This document shows, in pieces, positions 12,174 through 22,227 of a stretch of DNA of 64,000 nt. The stretch's first letter is position 1, and each line of letters starts with the position of its first letter. Under the pieces are notes generated by a model. It was not told the DNA's origin. It made no database searches and saw nothing but the letters and a program-made list of their open reading frames with translations. The stretch is from Acidobacteriota bacterium. GTDB lineage: Bacteria > Acidobacteriota > UBA890 > WLXD01. A program made the translations under genes and the position numbers. The DNA lies in contig CAXWPL010000005.1 of NCBI GenBank assembly GCA_963666215.2, forward strand, positions 160,001 through 224,000, in the 5' to 3' direction.

Positions 12174-14471
12174 TTATTCGACGGCGAAAACGACTTTCCC
12201 GGCGCCATGATTGAGCGCCGTATCAACGGCGCGGACCACGATCACATGTTCTCCAGCCGAGACAGCCGCTACATCGAACCGGATTTCTTCACGCCCAGCG
12301 TCGGCGACGCCGTCAGCGGGTACTACTGTACGCCACGGCGCGCCGTCGACCGAATATTCCAGTTTGCGAATCAGCGACGTCCCGTCGCTCGCGACGCCGC
12401 GAATCTCGTAGTGGATCGCAGTCGTAAGAACCGCCGTCGCCGTCAGTTCCGTAACTGTCGGCGGAGTGTTGTCGATCATGAACGCCGCGCTCGACACATT
12501 GGCGTGCCGCGCCTCGTCTTCCGGGTTCGACGCCTGGTCGGTCACCGTCAGCCGAACCACATACATGCCGTCAGGGAGTCGGTTGGTCTCGAGGGTGTAG
12601 AGAGTCTCAGAGAGCTTCTCCTCCAGCGGCTTCCACGTAGCCTCGCCTTCGCCGCGGAAGGCGAGCGAGTACGACAGGTCGTCACCGTCGGCGTCGGAGG
12701 CCTTCCAGCTGAAGCTCCGTCGGCCAGAAACGTAGAGCGGACGCCCCAGAAAGGTGTTAGCCCCGTTGCCACCGCCGGCGCCGCCCGACTCGCGTAGCTC
12801 GCGCTCGACGACGGCCGGTACCTGGGCGAAGGGCAGGCCGTCGTCGACATTCGTGACGCGATAGACGACGCCAGCAGGGTGCACTCGTAGTTCGTCAATC
12901 TGCGGCCCGCGGTTGCGTGGCACGTAGACCAGATCGACTCGATGTAACGTCGGCGTGAGCCGCGGATCGTCCGTCGTCAACCGGGCGCGCCACTGCACGT
13001 AACGCGCGGGCGGCGAAGTGATCACCGAGCCCGTCGCCGTTTCATAGGCAGCGCTCCAGTCGCTCCAGGTATCGTTCGGCGTATCCGTGTTGCCGCTTCG
13101 TGTCGAGATGTTCAGTGCCGTCCCCGGTGGCTCGGTAGCTCGCCAACGCAGCGTGCCCCAGCGCGACGTCGCACCCGTGTCCTTAACCTGCGAGAGATAC
13201 TCTCCGTTGGCGCGAAACTGCGGCGTCATCCGGTACAGCCGTCCAAGGTTGCTGGTGGCCACATAGGTGGTGTCAACTCCCGAGGCGGCGAAAGCCACGA
13301 TCTGCTCGGCGTCGATCTTGCCCAGCAGCGACATCTCACCGCCAGCGGTCACTCGTAGGATTCGGCCGTCGGGGCCGGTTCCGGCCACAACGCTGTCAAC
13401 TCCCGCGAACAGCGCGTAGATGCCGTCGCTGTCGCTCGACAGCAACTCCTCCACGTAGCCGTCGCGATGCACGAGGAACACCGCGCCGGCAGCACCGCTC
13501 GCGTCGCCCGAAGTCGAAGCGGACGCTCTCGCGGCAATCGAGACGCGTGTGGACGAAGTGACGCCCGCGGGTGGCGCTCCAGATGCCGCCGGAACGGACG
13601 CCGCTTGGCTCCCGCCACCCGCCGCCGCAGCCGAGCCGCCGAAAGCGCCAACGTAGACGCCAACGTCGGCTACCGCCAGCGAGGTGATCTCGGCGAAGGG
13701 CGAATCGAAGAGCACGAACACATCGCCGCTTTCGTCGAGCCGGTAGACCTGTCCACCGTCCTCGGTGCCCACGATCAAGCTGCCGTCGAGGTCTATGGCG
13801 AGCGCCGTCGTGTGACGCTCGGTGGAGTCGTAGAAGAGCTCGCCCGCGCCACCCGAGGTGTTGCTTTCAACACGGAAAATCTTGCCTTCGGTTCCCGTAG
13901 CGACGAAAAGACGTCCCGCGCGATCAAATGCCAGATCCCAAATGTACTCGGCCCCGGGATCGAACCAAGGACTGGTACCGGTGCCAGCGTTGGAGTCGTG
14001 CTGATAGCTGGGCGCCAGTCGGTAGACCGCGCCGCGCGGCCCGGTGGCGACGTACAGGTGATCGTCGGGGCCCCAAGCCAGCGCCTGTGCGCTCACCTCA
14101 CCGCTGTCGAAGAACAGGTCTGACTCACCGGTCGCCGACACGCGAAAGACCTGCCCCTCGTCGCCGGCACCAACGTACACCGTGCCGTCGGAAGCGGCCA
14201 CAACGGACCAAATGCTCGGTTCATCACTGTCGAACACCGCGTCCAACTCCGGCGGCAGACGCAGCTCGCCCGCGTCGGTGATCGCAGTCGAAATCGGCTC
14301 GCCTTGAAGGAAGTCAGCGCGTCCAGCCTGCATCCAGATCACCGGACCACTTGCGAAGGCCAACGTGGTTTCCGCCGCGACCACCGCCGTAGCCAAGACG
14401 ACGAGCATGACAGTGATTGACGATCTCGAACGATGTGGGGCTTGACTACTCATCTTCTCCCAGGGTTTCAC
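12174..14471 (-). CDS. Exported beta-propeller repeat protein with C-terminal Ig/FN3-like domains
   Basis: Signal-like N-terminus; repeated blades (DGTVYVGAG, DDHLYVATG, AGRLFVATG, DGSLIVGTE); DGMYVVRLTVTD and IDNTPP motifs; start uncertain. Confidence 0.8.
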   Translation of the reverse strand: MKPWEKMSSQAPHRSRSSITVMLVVLATAVVAAETTLAFASGPVIWMQAGRADFLQGEPISTAITDAGELRLPPELDAVFDSDEPSIWSVVAASDGTVYVGAGDEGQVFRVSATGESDLFFDSGEVSAQALAWGPDDHLYVATGPRGAVYRLAPSYQHDSNAGTGTSPWFDPGAEYIWDLAFDRAGRLFVATGTEGKIFRVESNTSGGAGELFYDSTERHTTALAIDLDGSLIVGTEDGGQVYRLDESGDVFVLFDSPFAEITSLAVADVGVYVGAFGGSAAAAGGGSQAASVPAASGAPPAGVTSSTRVSIAARASASTSGDASGAAGAVFLVHRDGYVEELLSSDSDGIYALFAGVDSVVAGTGPDGRILRVTAGGEMSLLGKIDAEQIVAFAASGVDTTYVATSNLGRLYRMTPQFRANGEYLSQVKDTGATSRWGTLRWRATEPPGTALNISTRSGNTDTPNDTWSDWSAAYETATGSVITSPPARYVQWRARLTTDDPRLTPTLHRVDLVYVPRNRGPQIDELRVHPAGVVYRVTNVDDGLPFAQVPAVVERELRESGGAGGGNGANTFLGRPLYVSGRRSFSWKASDADGDDLSYSLAFRGEGEATWKPLEEKLSETLYTLETNRLPDGMYVVRLTVTDQASNPEDEARHANVSSAAFMIDNTPPTVTELTATAVLTTAIHYEIRGVASDGTSLIRKLEYSVDGAPWRTVVPADGVADAGREEIRFDVAAVSAGEHVIVVRAVDTALNHGAGKVVFAVE

Positions 14472-14551
14472 GTGTTCTGCAAAGGCTGAGGCGAGCGCTG
14501 AACGGCTCGTTGGCGATCCCCAAGATCGCGTTTTTTCCGAGGGCGAGGCGG

Positions 14552-16621
14552 CTACGATCCCGGAGGCCGTACGACGTCGACGCGGAAGCGGTGCAAGCCG
14601 GTAACGACGTAGGGCACCACGAGGTGCTCCTCAACCAGCACCGAACGTGTCACGAGCAAGGCGCGCCCAGCTGTGCGTCGCGACGCTAGCAATCGCCGCA
14701 TCGACGGCGGCAACGACGGCATCAATTCGCCGTTGAGCACCGCGCCGGCGTCGGGTCGCGAGAGCTGGACGTACACGCGATCGTTGCGCCGAACGCCGTT
14801 GAGCAACCGCACGAGTTGATCAACGTTGCGCAAGTCGCCGATGCGCTGGCGCCCCTGCAGGAAGCTGTCTTCGTCGCGCGCGACCGCCGCCCCGTCACCA
14901 ACCAGAACGTCAACTGGGCCCGGCTGCGCTTCTGCCGGGATGCGAACGGTGAGCCGCTCAACGACCTCGGGGCTGCGGTACGGCTGCAAAGCAACGGCGA
15001 TCTCGAAGGTGTCGCCCGGGGCGACCTCGGTCGTGTCGTGCCAAACGCGTGCGAGGGTGGCCGTGCGCCGGTCGTCACGCAGCGACAGGTCGGCGTCGAT
15101 GCCGCGCACGCGTACGTCGGCGAGCTCGTTGTCATAGAGAAACCCAAAGAGCGTCGCCAGGCTTGAAGAAAGACCGATCACGGCCAGGTTGGGCGACGAG
15201 AACAGGTTGCCGAACGACAACGTCGGCAAACCATCGCCCAGATCGATTCTGACCTCGAGGTCGACCGTCGTGTCGCCGTAGGACTGGCCGACTCCTTGCA
15301 CCCCGTTGACCAAGCCAAGAAACAAATAGAGCGGCGTCAACATCTTGTCGGCGACAATTTCGAAGTCGACCCCTTCGGCGGCCTCTCCCGCAACCGTCAA
15401 GTCGAGGCTCACCGGGATCATCGGCGGGCGCGTCCCCAGCACCCCCATCACGGCGGCCAACCGATCCTGCCGGATAGAGCCGAGCACGCGATCGCCCGCC
15501 GCGGCGAGCTTGCTCGACGACGCCATGCTGCTCAACACCGTGATCACCTCGGCCCGCACGATCGGAAAATCAACCGAGCCGCCCTGCAGGAAGGGATGGC
15601 CGAACGCCAGAATACGATCGCCATCGCGGTAGGTCACCGTGCCGGTGGCGGCAACGTTGATGTCACCGCGCACGAGCTGCACCGCCACCGATCCACCCGG
15701 TTCCACCGCCCAGTCCCCTTCCGCACCGGGCGAACCGATCTGGCCACCGGTGTCGCTCTCCGCCGAATTCCCCGCAACGCCGCCAAGAGAGGGCATCCAG
15801 CCGAGCTGGGCGAACAACGGCGCGATGCGCTCGACAAGCGCTGGGTGAAACCCGCTGACGGTCACGGGCGTGGCGATCGGTTCGATACCCGTGCCGGCAC
15901 CTGCGATCGCGCTGGAGGCGAACGGAAGCCGCAGAGACCCGAGGTTGGCGGTCTCCACGCCATCGCCCGTAACGTACGCGGCCGCGGCTGTCAGCAGCGC
16001 GCTCACGTCCACCGACCGGGCACCGACAGCGCTGCCTGGCTCGTGGTCTCGCGTTCGTTCACGGTCGGCGACTGCCAACATGTTCTCGATAGGCACGATC
16101 CCCGCGATCGCTTCGTGGCCGAAGTTGGTGAGCCGATAGGCCACCGCGCCAACGAGTCGCCCGTCGACGGTGACGGGCGAGCCGCTCATGCCGGCGATGA
16201 CGCCGCTGCGCTCGAGCCCGAGCCCGGTGAGGCGCGCGATAATCAGGTGCTGGTGCGGGTAGACGTCGCGCAGCACTCCAAGAATCTCGACGCCAAAGCT
16301 CGACAATTCGCTGCCCTGCATAACCGTCTGGCCGACGCCGATCATCCCGGCCCGGATCTCGTCGACCGGCATCAGGGGAGTGCCTCCCGTCGTGGCCGCT
16401 GCGATGGCTGTTGCCTGAAGCGCCGTGATCGAGGCCCGCGAGAAACCGTCCGCTGCGCCCGGGGCGGACGGCGCGCCGCTGGTGGCCACAGGGCTGAGCG
16501 CCAGCCCGGCGGCAGTAGCCGGTGCGGTGGTCGCCGACGCGATCGCCAGAGTGAGAAGCGGCATCAGCCGCCTGGCTCTGGGCATGGTGGACGGCACGGC
16601 GATGGGTCCCACCTCGTTCAT
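14552..16621 (-). CDS. SpoIVB-like serine peptidase (family S55), exported
   Basis: GVIAGMSGSPV..DGRLVGAVAY, ATGTVT, LAFGHPF; signal peptide; long C-terminal extension. Confidence 0.88.
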   Translation of the reverse strand: MNEVGPIAVPSTMPRARRLMPLLTLAIASATTAPATAAGLALSPVATSGAPSAPGAADGFSRASITALQATAIAAATTGGTPLMPVDEIRAGMIGVGQTVMQGSELSSFGVEILGVLRDVYPHQHLIIARLTGLGLERSGVIAGMSGSPVTVDGRLVGAVAYRLTNFGHEAIAGIVPIENMLAVADRERTRDHEPGSAVGARSVDVSALLTAAAAYVTGDGVETANLGSLRLPFASSAIAGAGTGIEPIATPVTVSGFHPALVERIAPLFAQLGWMPSLGGVAGNSAESDTGGQIGSPGAEGDWAVEPGGSVAVQLVRGDINVAATGTVTYRDGDRILAFGHPFLQGGSVDFPIVRAEVITVLSSMASSSKLAAAGDRVLGSIRQDRLAAVMGVLGTRPPMIPVSLDLTVAGEAAEGVDFEIVADKMLTPLYLFLGLVNGVQGVGQSYGDTTVDLEVRIDLGDGLPTLSFGNLFSSPNLAVIGLSSSLATLFGFLYDNELADVRVRGIDADLSLRDDRRTATLARVWHDTTEVAPGDTFEIAVALQPYRSPEVVERLTVRIPAEAQPGPVDVLVGDGAAVARDEDSFLQGRQRIGDLRNVDQLVRLLNGVRRNDRVYVQLSRPDAGAVLNGELMPSLPPSMRRLLASRRTAGRALLVTRSVLVEEHLVVPYVVTGLHRFRVDVVRPPGS

Positions 16622-16624
16622 ACG

Positions 16625-16674
16625 AAAAAGGCCCGCGGCGCGTCTGCCGGCAGCAGACTGAGGACACGCGGACC
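16625..16674 (-). terminator. Terminator-like nested hairpin with U-tract
   Basis: Minus strand: GGTCCGCG..GTCTGC-TGCCG-GCAGAC..CGCGGGCC-TTTTT. Confidence 0.55.
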
Positions 16675-16687
16675 GTGAATATCGTTG

Positions 16688-16696
16688 ATGGTAGCA
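16688..16696 (-). promoter_or_regulatory. Candidate extended -10 promoter (TGcTACCAT)
   Basis: TGnTAnnnT match in the argS/S55 spacer. Confidence 0.45.
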
Positions 16697-16744
16697 CGGC
16701 CATACTGCCGGCAGGCCGTCTTGCGACAGCGCCCACAGGCCGAA

Positions 16745-18862
16745 TCACATGCGCGCGGGCACTTCGATTCCGAGCACTTCCAGTACAACGCCCAACTGCA
16801 CACGGGCGGCCGCCGTAATTGCGGCGCGCAGCCGGCGCAGATCCGGGTCCTCCTCTTGCAACACCGACTGGCCGTGATAGAAGCGGCTGAACTGCTGTGC
16901 CAGCGAAAACCCGTACTTCGCGAGCGACGAGATCTCGAGGGTACGTCGCGTCTGCTCGAGAATCTCATCGAGGCGGCCCAGGGCGAGCACGAGCTGCCAC
17001 ACGTCGCTCGACTCCTCGTCGAGGCGACGACAGAAACCCGAGTTGATCGAGGTCGCTGGCGCGCGTTCTATCTCGTCGGTCTCACCGATCTCGTCGCCAC
17101 CGCGCAGTGCGTCCGACACGCTCCAGCGAGCGCCAAAGCGCGCCCGAAGACGGTCGAAGATGCGATCCGCCCGCACGGTGGCGTACTGAATATACGGGCC
17201 GCTCTCGCCTTCGAAGCTCAGAGCCTCGTCGAGGTCGAACACGATCAAGGCGTTGCGGGTGTACTTGAGCAGGAAGTAGCGAGCCGCTGCCACCGCCACC
17301 TGCTGCCCGATCGCTTGGTGCTCGCCCTCCGTCAGCTCCGGATTGCGGGCTGCCACCTCGTGGGTGGCGCGGTGCTCGAGCTCGTCGAGTAGATCGTCGG
17401 CCTTCACTCCATGACCGCGGCGACCGGACATCTCGACGAACCGCGGCTTGCCGGACTCAGAGTCCTCGCCTGTGTCGCTGGTGTCGGCCTCGGGGACTTG
17501 TGAATTGACCTCGATCCCGAGCGCGGTAGCCGTATTCGGCGACAGCGCAACCATCTCGTAGTCCAGGTGGGTGAAGGCGCCGCCGTCTCCGAACAGCTTC
17601 AGCGACTGGGCAACGATCGCCTGCAGATAGGACTGCCGCACGTCAATGACGGTGATCGCCCGATCGGCACGACCATAGTCGCGAGACTCGCCCTCGGCGG
17701 CCGTGGTCTTCCAGACGCCAGGGTACCCGGAGACCTCACGGTACTTGAAGTCGCGGTCGAGTAGTCCGTATTTCCACATGTGGTAGGCGATGTCTTTCGC
17801 CACGTACGTAGCAACGCCGTTGGAGCGTACGAGTACCTTGTCGGCCTCCTCGAGATCCTCGAAGCCGTCGGTGCCGGACAGGCGCATCATCCAGCAGCCT
17901 TCGTGCTTGCCCGACTCGGCGTAGTAGAGGGCGCCACTGGCCTGGAGCTTGTCGAACGCCTCCTCCCAGAGGTTGAGCGTGAGGATGTCCCCTTCGCCCA
18001 CAAGAAGGTCGTACTCGATGCCCAGGCGGCCCATCGTTCTCAAGTGGCAGCTGACGATGCGTTCAACCACGACGGCCGCCACGGCGGCTTCGATGCCGGT
18101 CCGATTCTCGAGCGCGTGGAGCACGTGCCGCCGGCGCTCGGCAAAATCCGGCGCGTCGGCGAGCTTCTGGCCTACCTCGGTATAGACGTCCCAGCAGTAG
18201 TAATCGAAGGGCTCGGGAATGGCGGCGGTTGACGCCGCGTCGAGGCCACGCTCGTCGATCAAGCCGATCACGACATCCGCCACCTGAACGCCGGTATCGT
18301 CGATGTAGTTGTGAACCTCGACCTGGCCGATCGGCTCAGCAAGATGTCCCGGGTGGCGCAGCAGGCGCGCTACCGAGTCGCCAAGGCACGCATTGCGCAG
18401 GTGGCCGATGTGAGCCGCCTTGTTCGGGTTGATGCTGGTGTGCTCGATCAACACCTTCCCCGGAACCCCCGATCTCTCCTTGCCGGCGGCCAGATCTCCC
18501 GACGAGCTCGCTTCCGGCGCGGCCGGCGCAGTGTCCTTCTTGGGCACCACGAGCGAGGTCAGCAGCTCGCGAAGCGCCGCACCGCGATCGAGCTGGATAT
18601 TGAGGAACCCCGGGCCCGCTACTTCCCAGCCGCGAACACCCTCCACGGGATGATCTGCGAGCCAGCCCACGAGCTCGTCGGCCAACTGGCGCGGATTGCG
18701 GCCGAGGCCGCGGGCCAACTGCAGCGCCACCGGTGCGGCAAGGTCGCCCATCTCCGGGCGCGGCGCGTCGTTGATCTCCGGCACCTCGATCACCACACCG
18801 GTTATCTCGAGGACCGCGCGCTGAACGGCCGTCCCGATTCGTCGCCGCAGGTGGCCGATCAA
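16745..18862 (-). CDS. argS: Arginine--tRNA ligase
   Basis: EHTSINPNKAAHIGH, YVAKDIAY, MSGRRG, FEGESGPYIQYA, ends PARM; TTG overlaps the rnhB stop. Confidence 0.96.
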   Translation of the reverse strand: MIGHLRRRIGTAVQRAVLEITGVVIEVPEINDAPRPEMGDLAAPVALQLARGLGRNPRQLADELVGWLADHPVEGVRGWEVAGPGFLNIQLDRGAALRELLTSLVVPKKDTAPAAPEASSSGDLAAGKERSGVPGKVLIEHTSINPNKAAHIGHLRNACLGDSVARLLRHPGHLAEPIGQVEVHNYIDDTGVQVADVVIGLIDERGLDAASTAAIPEPFDYYCWDVYTEVGQKLADAPDFAERRRHVLHALENRTGIEAAVAAVVVERIVSCHLRTMGRLGIEYDLLVGEGDILTLNLWEEAFDKLQASGALYYAESGKHEGCWMMRLSGTDGFEDLEEADKVLVRSNGVATYVAKDIAYHMWKYGLLDRDFKYREVSGYPGVWKTTAAEGESRDYGRADRAITVIDVRQSYLQAIVAQSLKLFGDGGAFTHLDYEMVALSPNTATALGIEVNSQVPEADTSDTGEDSESGKPRFVEMSGRRGHGVKADDLLDELEHRATHEVAARNPELTEGEHQAIGQQVAVAAARYFLLKYTRNALIVFDLDEALSFEGESGPYIQYATVRADRIFDRLRARFGARWSVSDALRGGDEIGETDEIERAPATSINSGFCRRLDEESSDVWQLVLALGRLDEILEQTRRTLEISSLAKYGFSLAQQFSRFYHGQSVLQEEDPDLRRLRAAITAAARVQLGVVLEVLGIEVPARM

Positions 18863-19527
18863 GTGCTCACCGCCGCGCCGCCGCGCCTGTCTGCCGACGC
18901 TCGTGCCGTTGCTCCTGTTGCGCTCTCGAAAGGCAGCTCGCCCTGCATGCGGAACGTACGCCGGTGGAACTCCGAGAAGCCCAGACTCATGATCGCCTCA
19001 CGGTGCCGCCGGGTTCCGTAGCCCATGTTCTGACCCAGCCCGTAGCCCCGCACGCCGCGCGCATACTCACCCATCAAATGGTCGCGCACGCACTTGGCCA
19101 AGACCGAGGCGGCGGCAATGGAGCGACAGCGAGAGTCCCCCTTGACGATTGACGTTTGCGGAATGTCGATATCGAGCTCGAGCGCGTCCACCAGCAGGTG
19201 GTCGGGCCGACGACGCAAACCCCCGATCGCGCGCCGCATCGCCAGGCGGGTAGCCCTGAGAATGTTGATGCGATCGATTTCTGCCGCCGACACGATGCCG
19301 ACGGCCCAATCGAGCGTGGCACGCTGCAGCACCTCGAATACCTCGGCACGCTGGACAGCGCTGAGACGCTTCGAGTCGTCCAGACCGGGCACACGGGCTT
19401 TGGGCCGCAGGACGGCGGCTGCCGCGAGAACCGGCCCGAACAGCGCGCCGCGTCCCACCTCGTCGAGCCCGGCGATATGCACCACGCCACTGCGCCGTAG
19501 CCTCGACTCGTAGGGTTGCGAACGCAT
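18859..19527 (-). CDS. rnhB: Ribonuclease HII
   Basis: AGLDEVGRG, DDSKRL, SIAAASVLAK, HRRTF. Confidence 0.96.
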   Translation of the reverse strand: MRSQPYESRLRRSGVVHIAGLDEVGRGALFGPVLAAAAVLRPKARVPGLDDSKRLSAVQRAEVFEVLQRATLDWAVGIVSAAEIDRINILRATRLAMRRAIGGLRRRPDHLLVDALELDIDIPQTSIVKGDSRCRSIAAASVLAKCVRDHLMGEYARGVRGYGLGQNMGYGTRRHREAIMSLGFSEFHRRTFRMQGELPFESATGATARASADRRGGAAVST

Positions 19528-19574
19528 CGGCTTAGTGCCGGGACCGCGGCCAGCGGTTGGCCGGAGCTGGCACT

Positions 19575-19922
19575 CTAGTAGTTGCGGCGTTCCTTGATGC
19601 GGGCGGCCTTACCGCGCAGGTCGCGCAGGTAAAAGAGCTTCGCGCGGCGCACTTTGCCGCGCCGCACCAGCTCGATCTTTGCGATGTTGGGCGAGTGCAG
19701 CGGGAAGATGCGCTCCACGCCCATCCCTGACGAGATCTTGCGGACCGTGAACGTGGCCGTAGCGCCGCTCCCCCGCCTGCCAATCGTGACGCCCTCGAAG
19801 AGCTGGATACGCTCCTTGTTGCCCTCTACGACCCGCTGGTGGACCTTCACCGTGTCACCCGCCACGAACTCCGGGCAATCGTCGCGAATCCCGTCAGCCT
19901 CGACCAACCTCATTACGTCCAT
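19575..19922 (-). CDS. rplS: 50S ribosomal protein L19
   Basis: [32 protein letters not shown]. Confidence 0.98.
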   Translation of the reverse strand: MDVMRLVEADGIRDDCPEFVAGDTVKVHQRVVEGNKERIQLFEGVTIGRRGSGATATFTVRKISSGMGVERIFPLHSPNIAKIELVRRGKVRRAKLFYLRDLRGKAARIKERRNY

Positions 19923-19984
19923 ATCTGCCTACTCCCAGCGCCAGCGGGCACAACAGCCCCGGCGGATCGAAGAATCAACGGCGG

Positions 19985-19990
19985 ATTGTA
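19985..19990 (-). promoter_or_regulatory. Candidate internal -10 box (TACAAT) for rplS
   Basis: TACAAT about 60 nt upstream of the rplS ATG, in the trmD-rplS spacer. Confidence 0.4.
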
Positions 19991-20013
19991 CCGCAGAGAC
20001 TCGGCGCCTGACG

Positions 20014-20772
20014 TCATTTTTTGTCGCCCGAATCCGCAGCCTCACCTCGGAGCCGGCGCAGCTCCTCGAGATCGAGCGGCGCCTCGGCCAGAAGATCGGG
20101 CCTCCGCGCGGCTGTCGCCTCGAGAGCCGCGCGACGCCTCCAGCGCGCCACGGCGGCGTGGTCACCCGATCGAAGGACCTCCGGCACCGTCCAGCCACGA
20201 TACTCCGCGGGCCGTGTGTAGTGCGGATGGTCGAGTAGCCCGTCGACAAATGAATCGAATCGTGCCGAGTCGGCGTCGCCGAGCGCGTCCGGCAACAGGC
20301 GGCACACCGCCTCGATGAGGACCATGGCGGGCAACTCTCCGCCTGTGAGCACATAGTCGCCAATCGACACCTCGAGGTCGACAACGTGCTCTCGAACGCG
20401 CTGGTCGACCCCTTCGTAACGGCCGCAAATCAGCGTCAACTGTGGGTGCGCCGCAAGCTCGACCACCCCTTCGTGCCGCAGCCGGCGGCCGCTGGGCGAC
20501 AGCAACACCACCGGCCCCGGCTCGCCGCCGCTTGCTGCGATCTCGGATCGAATGGCGTCAACCGATCGGCACAGTGGCTCGGGTTTCAGCACCATGCCGG
20601 CGCCGCCGCCGTAGGGCGCGTCGTCGACCTGACGATGCGGCGGCGGTGCCTGCTGACGCAGGTCGTAGGCACGGATTTCGAGGAGCCCGCGCTCGAGCGC
20701 GCGACCCACGATGCCCTCGCCGAGCGGACCGGGGAACATCTCGGGAAAAATGGTAACGACGTCGACCCGCAC
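20014..20772 (-). CDS. trmD: tRNA (guanine37-N1)-methyltransferase
   Basis: [39 protein letters not shown]. Confidence 0.98.
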   Translation of the reverse strand: MRVDVVTIFPEMFPGPLGEGIVGRALERGLLEIRAYDLRQQAPPPHRQVDDAPYGGGAGMVLKPEPLCRSVDAIRSEIAASGGEPGPVVLLSPSGRRLRHEGVVELAAHPQLTLICGRYEGVDQRVREHVVDLEVSIGDYVLTGGELPAMVLIEAVCRLLPDALGDADSARFDSFVDGLLDHPHYTRPAEYRGWTVPEVLRSGDHAAVARWRRRAALEATAARRPDLLAEAPLDLEELRRLRGEAADSGDKK

Positions 20773-21414
20773 TCAGCCCGCCGACAGCGTGACTTCGAGA
20801 AGACCAGGAGGCAGATCGAGTGCCAGTTGGCGGTCCTCGGAGTCGGCCTCGATGAGCCAATCGAGAATCATCGGCACGAGCACCCGACCGGCCGCCGTCT
20901 CCACCTCCAGGACATCCTGAGCACGGCCTTCGAGCACATCGACGATGCGGCCGAGCTCGACGCCGGCGGCGTTCACCAGCGTCCAACCAACAAGATCGTC
21001 GACGTAGAACTCGTCGTCGCCGAGCGCCGGCAGCTGGTCCTCTGGCACCGCAAGCTCCGCATCGCGCAAGAGCTCGGCGTCGTTACGGTTGTCGGTCGAC
21101 TTCAGGTACAGGATCCAGCGTCCGCGGTGCCGTCGCGATCGGATGACCTCGACGATCTTTCGCGACGGCACGACTCCCTCATGCAGGCGCCGCGACCGCG
21201 TGCCGCGTAGAACCAGCTCGCATCCAGCGTCGAAGAGCCCGGCGGTATCGCCGATGGGGCCGACGACGACCTCGCCGCGAATACCGTGCGGGCGAACGAT
21301 GCGACCAATCGTCACCAGCGCCGGGGCAGCATCCTGCCCCGGCCCGCGCTCGCCGCCGTCTTGTTCGGTGGAGTTGGGATCTCGACTCATCGACGTCGGC
21401 CCGGCGGTCGGCAC
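20773..21414 (-). CDS. rimM: Ribosome maturation factor RimM
   Basis: IGRIVRPHGIRGEV, DEFYVDDLVG, PRC barrel; position in the rpsP operon. Confidence 0.95.
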   Translation of the reverse strand: MPTAGPTSMSRDPNSTEQDGGERGPGQDAAPALVTIGRIVRPHGIRGEVVVGPIGDTAGLFDAGCELVLRGTRSRRLHEGVVPSRKIVEVIRSRRHRGRWILYLKSTDNRNDAELLRDAELAVPEDQLPALGDDEFYVDDLVGWTLVNAAGVELGRIVDVLEGRAQDVLEVETAAGRVLVPMILDWLIEADSEDRQLALDLPPGLLEVTLSAG

Positions 21415-21472
21415 CTCGAGAGCACTTGGCTCCAGAATCTCGACCGTCTACTCGTAGATCCGTGTCGAGGAT

Positions 21473-21709
21473 CTATTCGAGAATCTCGAGAACAGTGCGC
21501 TTCTGGTGCTTCATCCCGGCGGCCGACAGTAGGGTGCGCATGGCCCGCGCCGTACGCCCCTGCTTGCCAATCACCTTGCCGAGATCGTCCGAAGCTACGC
21601 GCAGCTCGAGCACGGTTGTTTGCTCGCCCTGCACCTCGCTCACCTGAACATCGCTCGGATGGTCCACGAGCGACCGCGCAACCTCTTCAATCATGATCTT
21701 CAGCGACAT
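21473..21709 (-). CDS. khpA: KH-domain RNA-binding protein KhpA
   Basis: [20 protein letters not shown]; lies between rpsP and rimM. Confidence 0.95.
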   Translation of the reverse strand: MSLKIMIEEVARSLVDHPSDVQVSEVQGEQTTVLELRVASDDLGKVIGKQGRTARAMRTLLSAAGMKHQKRTVLEILE

Positions 21710-21739
21710 GACTCGCCTCGTAGTTGACAGGTGAACGAC

Positions 21740-22183
21740 CTAGTTGTCGGCATTCTCTTCGCCATCGTCGCCAGCCTGCTCCGACTCCGCGGAGTCCGCG
21801 GATTCAACAGCTTCAGCGCCGGCCTCGCTCGACTCGGCATCAGCGCTCGCTTCGGCCGCGTTGTCTTCTGCTGCCATTTCAACCTCGGCGACGGGCTCCG
21901 CAGGAGCGACCTTCGGGCTCGCCTTCACCGCGGCTACCCCGGATCGGCCACCCTCAACACGTCGCATCAGGCTGCCGACCGTATCGCTGAGCTGCGCACC
22001 CTGCGCCACCCAGCTCTTCACCCGATCGATGTCCAGAACAATCTCCTCCGGCTGCCGCCGGGGATGGTAGTGCCCCAGAATCTCGATGAACGGGCCGTCG
22101 CGTCCTGCGGCGCGGTCCGCAACCACGACGCGAAAATGCGGGTCTTTCCTGGCGCCTGTGCGGCGCAGCCGAATGCTCAGCAT
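21740..22183 (-). CDS. rpsP: 30S ribosomal protein S16 with acidic C-terminal tail
   Basis: IRLRRTG, FRVVVAD, RDGPFIEILGHY, GAQLSDTV. Confidence 0.97.
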   Translation of the reverse strand: MLSIRLRRTGARKDPHFRVVVADRAAGRDGPFIEILGHYHPRRQPEEIVLDIDRVKSWVAQGAQLSDTVGSLMRRVEGGRSGVAAVKASPKVAPAEPVAEVEMAAEDNAAEASADAESSEAGAEAVESADSAESEQAGDDGEENADN

Positions 22184-22227
22184 CTGTTTGTGTTTCCTCC
22201 GTTGTGTGGGCTATCTCGGCACTTCGA

